From assembly GCA_048054495.1 (NCBI GenBank), contig JBGMQN010000054.1, positions 24,291 through 65,863 on the forward strand: DNA of 41,573 nucleotides. Reading direction: 5' to 3'. Position 1 is the first letter of the stretch; each line of letters starts with the position of its first letter. This stretch comes from Anaerolineales bacterium. Lineage in GTDB: Bacteria > Chloroflexota > Anaerolineae > Anaerolineales > E44-bin32. Under the pieces are notes generated by a model, which searched no databases, was not told the DNA's origin, and was given only the letters and a program-made list of their open reading frames with translations. Positions 35,814 to 41,573 of this stretch are shown here, in pieces. A program made the position numbers and the translations under genes.

Positions 35814-36760
35814 AGATCGGACTGTTCACGGATTCGCTCGCCGACCTGGGTTTCGAAGACGCGCTGGATTGGTGCGTGTCGCAGGGGATCGAAGCGGTGG
35901 AGATTGGGACGGGAAACTTTTCCTCCTCGCCCCACTGCGATCTCGATGCGCTCTTGAGCGACAAGCAGGCTCGGGAGAAGTTTCTAGGTGCAATCCACGC
36001 GCGCGGGCTCACCCTTAGTGCATTGAACTGCAACGGGAATTTGCTGGATCCGGATCGTGAACGGGGGGCCACGTCGAAGGAAGTATTCAACAAGACTCTG
36101 GAAGCCGCTAATCGGCTCGAGCTAGACACCATCGTTACGATGAGCGGCTGCCCGGGTGACCTCGAGGGCGGGAGCTATCCAAATTGGGTGACCTGCATCT
36201 GGCAGCCTGAATACGTCGAACTCGTGGAGAGGCAGTGGGAAGAGGTGATCGCGCCGTTCTGGATGGAAGCCGCGGAGAAAGCGCGCGGACTTGGCGTTCG
36301 GGTTGCAATCGAGATGCATCCGGGTCAGGCAGCCTATAACACGCGGTCGCTTCAAAGGTTGCGCGAGATTGGCGGTGTGGATGTGATTGGCGCGAACCTG
36401 GACCCGAGCCACCTGTTCTACCAGGGCATGGATCCGAATCTGGTCGTACGCATGCTCGGTCACGGAGCGGTGTTCCATGTGCACGCCAAAGACACTCGCC
36501 TCGACCCGCATGAAATGGCGCTTAACGGCACGCTCGACATACGACCCATGACTAAGGCCGGGGTACGGACCTGGGAGTATGTGACGCTTGGATTCGGCCA
36601 CGGCGAGATATTCTGGCGAAACTTCCTTAGCACCTTGCGCATTATGGATTATGATGGCGTACTCAGCATCGAACATGAAGACCTGCTGATGAGCTCGCGG
36701 GAGGGGATTGAAAAAAGCATCGTGTTCCTGCAAGGATTGACTCCGCGTACTAACCTCTGA
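35810..36760 (+). CDS. Sugar-phosphate isomerase/epimerase-fold (xylose-isomerase-like TIM barrel) protein, keto-sugar isomerase/eliminase clade
   Basis: Motifs AVEIGTG, SGCPG...PNWVT, IEMHPG, GANLDPSHL..QG, HVHAKD and SIEHED. ATGA overlap with the upstream gene. Confidence 0.88.
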   Translation: MKIGLFTDSLADLGFEDALDWCVSQGIEAVEIGTGNFSSSPHCDLDALLSDKQAREKFLGAIHARGLTLSALNCNGNLLDPDRERGATSKEVFNKTLEAANRLELDTIVTMSGCPGDLEGGSYPNWVTCIWQPEYVELVERQWEEVIAPFWMEAAEKARGLGVRVAIEMHPGQAAYNTRSLQRLREIGGVDVIGANLDPSHLFYQGMDPNLVVRMLGHGAVFHVHAKDTRLDPHEMALNGTLDIRPMTKAGVRTWEYVTLGFGHGEIFWRNFLSTLRIMDYDGVLSIEHEDLLMSSREGIEKSIVFLQGLTPRTNL

Positions 36761-36917
36761 TCGCTCGCGTGAGGGGTCTCCAAGCGCTACCATGGTCCGA
36801 ACTCAGACCGCTTTAAAGCAAAATTCTGAGAGCAACGAAGGGAGGTGGATCGCACCCAATCGGTTGTCTTTGAAACTCAGTATATAGACCCTTTATTCTT
36901 CTAAGGAGGAGAACTCG

Positions 36918-38021
36918 ATGAAGTCAGTATGGATATCAGTTGGCTTGTTGGTCGCAGGGGGCTTAGTTGCGGCTGCCTGCGCGTCGCCAACGCCGATCGT
37001 TCAGACGGTTGTAGTTGAGAGTGAGGTCCAGGTCGAGGTCACTCGAGAGGTCGAAGTCGTGGTCGAACCTACCCCGATCGGCGGCGAACTATTCCTGTAC
37101 TCATGTCTGTTTGACCCACCCCAGTACGGAGTGCTGTTCGAGACCTTCAAAGCTCAGTACGGTGTCACGGTGACATGCCTGGAAATGAGCAGCGGCGAGT
37201 CGTTGGAGCGGATTCGGGCCGAGAAGGAGAACCCCCAGGCCGACGTGCTGTTTGGCAATACCAACCTGGCACACGTGAACCTGACCGCGGATGGCCTCAC
37301 GGAGCCTTACAAAGGCACGGGCTGGAATAGCCTTCCCGATGGTCCGGTCAAGGATCCGGACGGTGGCTGGACAGGTTTGTATTACGGCGTAATGGGAATC
37401 GCATGCAGCCCGGAGCGGCTTGAAGAAATCGGCGCACCCTGCCCGTCATCCTGGGCAGAACTGCTCGATCCGGTCTACAAAGGCGAAATAGTCATCGCCA
37501 GCCCGGCAGCCTCGGGCACCTCATATACGGTGTTGAGTGGACTAGCTCAACTGATGGGCGAAGATGCTGCCTTTGAGTGGTACGCGGAGTTTGATAAGAA
37601 CGTGGCCCAGTACACCTCGTCCGGCAGCGCCCCCGGCAAGATGGCCGCGGCGGGTGAGTTCGCAATAGGGATCTCGTTCGCCCACGACATCCAGGTGCAG
37701 CAGCAGAAGGGTCTGCCTGTACTTCTCAATTTCGCGTCAGAAGGTGTGCCCTTTGAGGTTGGAGGTATCTCGATCATCAAGGGCGCCAAGAACCTGGCCG
37801 CAGCGCAAGCCTGGGTGGATTTCGTGTTGACTCCCGCCTTCCAGCGCTATCACAACGACGTCTACAACAGAATCCCTGTCCTTGCAGGTGTTGAGCTCAA
37901 GGAGGGTTCCTTCGGCCTCGACGATGTCAAGCTCATCGAAGGCTACGACCCGACTGAGTGGGCCGCGGAGCGCGATAGGCTGGTTGCTCGGTGGCAGGAG
38001 GAAATCGGATCTAAGCGGTAA
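36918..38021 (+). CDS. ABC transporter substrate-binding lipoprotein, AfuA/FbpA (sugar-phosphate/Fe3+/phosphonate) family
   Basis: Lipobox VAAAC, EVTREV linker, SSGE...RIRAEKENPQADV, P.SWAELLDP.YKG and P.ASGT. AAGGAGG RBS. Confidence 0.9.
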   Translation: MKSVWISVGLLVAGGLVAAACASPTPIVQTVVVESEVQVEVTREVEVVVEPTPIGGELFLYSCLFDPPQYGVLFETFKAQYGVTVTCLEMSSGESLERIRAEKENPQADVLFGNTNLAHVNLTADGLTEPYKGTGWNSLPDGPVKDPDGGWTGLYYGVMGIACSPERLEEIGAPCPSSWAELLDPVYKGEIVIASPAASGTSYTVLSGLAQLMGEDAAFEWYAEFDKNVAQYTSSGSAPGKMAAAGEFAIGISFAHDIQVQQQKGLPVLLNFASEGVPFEVGGISIIKGAKNLAAAQAWVDFVLTPAFQRYHNDVYNRIPVLAGVELKEGSFGLDDVKLIEGYDPTEWAAERDRLVARWQEEIGSKR

Positions 38022-38039
38022 ATCGACCGAATTCCGCAT

Positions 38040-38070
38040 GGGGGCAGGCATAGCCTGCCCCCTTCCTTTC
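38040..38070 (+). terminator. Stem-loop after the binding-protein gene (partial terminator or stabiliser)
   Basis: GGGGGCAGGC-ATA-GCCTGCCCCC followed by TTCCTTTC. Confidence 0.65.
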
Positions 38071-38117
38071 ACCGGCAGCTCACAAGCGCCCATCTCGAAT
38101 CAAATCCAGACCCTTTC

Positions 38118-40004
38118 ATGGCTAAGAGCCTTACTTTAATCCACAGGATCCGCAGTCGCCGCGCACTGATCATCATTGCGGTGGTCCAGATCGTCCTTCT
38201 GACCTTCATTGCTACGTGGGTCATGGATATCGTGATTGTGGAAGACACGCGGGAAGTAGTTGACGGAGTAGAGACGATCAGCTTTCGGCGCGAGCTGATC
38301 GGAGACCCTCTGCTTTTCGTCCTTGCGGCTATCGGTATGAGTCTGCCATTGATGTCGAGTAGGCTTCGCCGCGAACCGGTGATGATGCTCGCGGTGCAGC
38401 TCGCAATTGTCGCGCTGCTCATCTTTGTACTCTGGCCCGTGGCTCAGGTTTTTGTGGAGGGCTTTGAGGCAACCGAGGAGGGAGGGGGTTACTCGCTTGA
38501 GACCTTTCGGCGGCTATTCGCAAAGCCGATGGTGGCCCGCGCCTCTCGCAACACGATCTGGCTGGGAATAACCTCGGCCACGCTCTCGACACTGATCGGA
38601 GCGGTCGTGGCTTACGCTCTGACGTTGACGGACATACCCTGGAAACGATTTCTGAGGATTCTGGTGGTCCTGACGTTAGTATCGCCGCCATTTGCAGTGA
38701 GCTTCGCCTTCATCCTGTTGTTTGGTCGGCGAGGACTGATCACATACGACATTCTGAGAATACGCCAGTGGACCGTCTACGGTCCCGATGGGATTATCCT
38801 CGTCCAGCTGGTCAGCAATATCCCGTTGGCCGTTCTCATTCTCATGGCCGTGTTTGCTTCCATGAACAGAGATCTCGAAGACGCGGCTGAGGATTTGGGC
38901 GCAAAGACCTTCAGGGTGCTGAGGACGATTACCTTCCCCCTGGTTACGCCGGCGCTGCTGACCGCCTGGCTGCTAAATTTCATCGCATCCATTTCAGACT
39001 TTGGCAATCCGATGTTGATTGGAGGGGGTTTTCAGCTGCTTGCCCCCCAGGCCTATATACAGCGCGTGGAGTTGTATGACCCGCAGCTCAGCGCTGCGCT
39101 TGCGATGCTGCTGGTCATCCCGGCGCTGATCGCGTTTGGATTGCAGCACCGGATCAGCAACCGAAGGTCGTACGTAACCATCACAGGAGGCGCCCGCACG
39201 GGGCACGTAAGGAAGTTGCCAGGATTGTTTAAATGGCCCTTGTTCAGCATCGTGTTGTTCCTTGGATTGTTCAACTTGTTGCTCTACGGAGCCATCTTTG
39301 TTGGGGCGGCTGTGAAGGCCTGGGGGTTCGACTACACGCTTACGACGGATAATCTAAAGGCCCTACTCGTTACTGCCAATCAGCTTAGGAACTCCCTGGT
39401 GGTAGCGATTGGAGCCGGAATCCTGGGAGGATTTATTGGGATCATACTTGCCTGGCTGGTCAGTCGGCAACGCTTTCCCGGCCGCGGAGCGCTGGATTTC
39501 TCCGGTACCTTGATGTACGCCATCCCCGGGACGGTGGTAGGAATCGGCTACATCATCGCCTTCAATGCCGCGCCTTATCTGCTGACTGGAACATTCTTCA
39601 TCATCATCGTGGCTTATGCCTTCCGGCGCCTCCCGGTCGGCCTTAGATCTGGTGTGGCCGCCGATAAGCAAATCGATCCGTCATTGGAGGAGGCTTCGCT
39701 GGATTTGGGCGCCTCGCGCCCTCGTACGTTCGCTAAGATCACCTTCCCATTGCTTAGGACGGCGTTCCTGGCCGGAGTGATTTATATCTTTATCCGCTCG
39801 ATGACCGATCTGAGCGCGGCCATCTTTCTGAGTTCCGCCAAGACTCAGCTCTTTACCGTCCAGATGTTTAATGTGATGATCCGCGGCTCCCCAAGCGAGG
39901 CCGCAGCCTTCGCAGCCTTACTTATCGTCATTATCTTGCTTGCCCTTGGCATTCTAGGAAGGCTCACAGGCAAGAGCTTCGTGGATGTGTTTAGGATCGC
40001 ATGA
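38118..40004 (+). CDS. ABC transporter permease with two TM domains (AfuB/FbpB type)
   Basis: Two EAA loops (LEDAAEDLGA and LEEASLDLGA), plus SPPF, DFGNP and IPGTVVG. Confidence 0.92.
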   Translation: MAKSLTLIHRIRSRRALIIIAVVQIVLLTFIATWVMDIVIVEDTREVVDGVETISFRRELIGDPLLFVLAAIGMSLPLMSSRLRREPVMMLAVQLAIVALLIFVLWPVAQVFVEGFEATEEGGGYSLETFRRLFAKPMVARASRNTIWLGITSATLSTLIGAVVAYALTLTDIPWKRFLRILVVLTLVSPPFAVSFAFILLFGRRGLITYDILRIRQWTVYGPDGIILVQLVSNIPLAVLILMAVFASMNRDLEDAAEDLGAKTFRVLRTITFPLVTPALLTAWLLNFIASISDFGNPMLIGGGFQLLAPQAYIQRVELYDPQLSAALAMLLVIPALIAFGLQHRISNRRSYVTITGGARTGHVRKLPGLFKWPLFSIVLFLGLFNLLLYGAIFVGAAVKAWGFDYTLTTDNLKALLVTANQLRNSLVVAIGAGILGGFIGIILAWLVSRQRFPGRGALDFSGTLMYAIPGTVVGIGYIIAFNAAPYLLTGTFFIIIVAYAFRRLPVGLRSGVAADKQIDPSLEEASLDLGASRPRTFAKITFPLLRTAFLAGVIYIFIRSMTDLSAAIFLSSAKTQLFTVQMFNVMIRGSPSEAAAFAALLIVIILLALGILGRLTGKSFVDVFRIA

Positions 40005-41086
40005 TGGCAAGCGAAGTGGGTTTTACGACAGCCTCCATCCGGCTGCAAAATCTGTCCAAGCAGTTTAAGGAAGTCCTGGCGGTCGACGACGTCACTCTGG
40101 ATGTCGAACCCGGGATGTTAGTGTGCCTGCTGGGGCCCAGCGGATGTGGAAAGACAACGACCCTTCGAATGATTGCCGGCTTCGAAGACCCGACCTCGGG
40201 AAAGGTCCTTATCGGGGATGAGGATGTCACCGAGTTGCCGCCGTATGCGCGGCCCACCGCGATGGTCTTCCAAAGCTACGCGTTGTTCCCGCATATGAGT
40301 ATCTACGAGAACGTTGCCTACGGATTGAAGGCGAGGAGGACCCCGAAGAAAGAAATCCCGGGAAAGGTGCAGGAGGCATTGGATCTAATGGAGCTGGAAG
40401 GGCAGGAAGAGAAGTCGCCCTCTCAGCTCTCCGGCGGCCAGCAGCAACGAGTGGCCCTGGCGCGGGCTTTGGTGATCCGGCCGAAAGTGCTGCTTTTTGA
40501 CGAACCCCTATCGAATCTGGATGCCCAGCTGAGAGTGCGAATGCGCGGCGAGCTGCGCGAGGTGCAACGTCGCTTGGGGATCACGAGTGTGTATGTGACG
40601 CACGACCAGGAGGAGGCCTTCAGCATTGCGGATCTCGTGGCCATTATGAACCAGGGCAGATTGACCCAGCTCGGTTCGCCCATTGATCTGTACCGGAGGC
40701 CGGCCGATCGTTTCGTTGCAGAGTTTGTCGGCCTGTCAAACGTCGTGCCGGCGGAGCTCGTGGGGTCGAACGATAAGGGAGCCGATGTTCGGGTGCTTGG
40801 CCAGGTGATCCATAGCCAGCAGCCGCCTGCAAATCCGAATGCAGCTATATCCGTTGTCCTGCGACCGGAAGCGATCGGGATCACCGGTGGGGGCAAGGGG
40901 GGAATCCCCGCCCGAGTGCGCACTCTGGCATATGTCGGACCTATACTTCGCTATACGGTAGCGGTCGAGGGGGATGGAACCGAACTTATCGTGGATCTCT
41001 CGAATCCTGCATCGGACGAGTTTTACGAAGAAGGTGCCGCGGTAAGCATCGACCTACCCAAGGAAGTCCCGGCGCTGCTCAGCTAG
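40001..41086 (+). CDS. ABC transporter ATP-binding protein (AfuC/PotA type)
   Basis: Motifs GPSGCGKTT, FQSYALFPHM, LSGGQQQR, DEPLSNLD and THDQEEA. Confidence 0.95.
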   Translation: MMASEVGFTTASIRLQNLSKQFKEVLAVDDVTLDVEPGMLVCLLGPSGCGKTTTLRMIAGFEDPTSGKVLIGDEDVTELPPYARPTAMVFQSYALFPHMSIYENVAYGLKARRTPKKEIPGKVQEALDLMELEGQEEKSPSQLSGGQQQRVALARALVIRPKVLLFDEPLSNLDAQLRVRMRGELREVQRRLGITSVYVTHDQEEAFSIADLVAIMNQGRLTQLGSPIDLYRRPADRFVAEFVGLSNVVPAELVGSNDKGADVRVLGQVIHSQQPPANPNAAISVVLRPEAIGITGGGKGGIPARVRTLAYVGPILRYTVAVEGDGTELIVDLSNPASDEFYEEGAAVSIDLPKEVPALLS

Positions 41087-41090
41087 TCAA

Positions 41091-41573
41091 GTGGCGAACC
41101 GCATCCTCGCAGTTTGCCTCGATTTCGGAGACACGCTGGCCGACGAAGCCAGCGAGGTCAAGGACGACACACTCACAACGCTTCAAGCAGAATTGATTCC
41201 TGGCGCGGGCGAGCTTCTTCATGAGCTGAAGAGCCGCGGTTACAAGCTGGCGCTGGTTGCCGACGGTCGCCCGGGGACTTATTCCAATGTGTTGCGCCAG
41301 CACTCCGTGCATGAGCTGTTTGATGTCTTTGCAATATCCGAGGAAGTCGGAGTTGAGAAACCGGATGCGCGAATGTTCTTGGCGGCGCTCGACGCGCTTG
41401 GAATCGAGCTCGAGGATTACGATCGGACCGTGATGGTTGGCAATCGGCTGGATCGCGACGTCAGAGGAGCAAACGAACTGGGAATGATCAGTGTGTGGAT
41501 CGATTGGTCAGGGAGGCATGCCGCTACGCCGCAGGATGAGTCAGAGGTTCCGGACTTTGCTATTCACACGCCA
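41091..41573 (+). CDS. HAD family hydrolase, partial (runs off the window edge)
   Basis: Not in the ORF track; translated by hand from GTG 41091: (M)ANRILAVCLDFGDTL...LIPGAGELLHELKSRGYKLALVADG...SEEVGVEKPDARMF...VMVGNRLDRDVRGANELGM. Confidence 0.9.
   Translation, partial: MANRILAVCLDFGDTLADEASEVKDDTLTTLQAELIPGAGELLHELKSRGYKLALVADGRPGTYSNVLRQHSVHELFDVFAISEEVGVEKPDARMFLAALDALGIELEDYDRTVMVGNRLDRDVRGANELGMISVWIDWSGRHAATPQDESEVPDFAIHTP

Noticed and set aside
32062-36793. Long antisense ORFs (32062..32727, 36122..36793 and similar ones elsewhere)
   Set aside because: They lie opposite well-supported genes in GC-rich DNA and have no motifs.
1-41573. CRISPR arrays, IS elements, integrase or phage genes, rRNA
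   Set aside because: No regularly spaced repeats, transposase or integrase motifs, or rRNA-like sequence were seen by eye.

Overview
A 41.6-kb bacterial window, probably from Chloroflexota (Anaerolineae-like). The taxonomic guess rests on Val/Glu-rich 'EVTREV' lipoprotein linkers, a Chloroflexi-style Flp pilin and an SHMT-GcvT fusion. It has three parts. (1) 1-~10545 is a probable genomic island ending at a duplicated 3' half of tRNA-Val (att site). It carries a GntR-controlled divergon. Leftward: dipeptide ABC permeases and an M19 dipeptidase. Rightward: a histidine-ammonia-lyase variant (SH->TC specificity motif), an MBL-fold hydrolase, an atypical 2-methylserine-HMT-like SHMT, a corrinoid protein and a non-pyrrolysine MttB methyltransferase. 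Together these suggest an undescribed anaerobic pathway for a methylated amino acid or dipeptide. (2) 10624-18314 is a core-like block: M1 peptidase lipoprotein, 1033-aa SHMT-GcvT fusion, unannotated Flp pilin, small membrane protein, GGT and DUF192. (3) 18604-41573 is a large myo-inositol locus: iolB, a transaldolase-family protein in place of iolJ, iolC, iolD, a sugar ABC transporter, a HAD phosphatase fused to a FAM151/DUF2181-like phosphodiesterase, iolA, iolE, iolG, a second oxidoreductase plus TIM-barrel enzyme, an AfuABC-like ABC transporter and a HAD hydrolase. This points to use of inositol phosphates or phosphodiesters. All family assignments come from motif recognition by eye; no searches were run.
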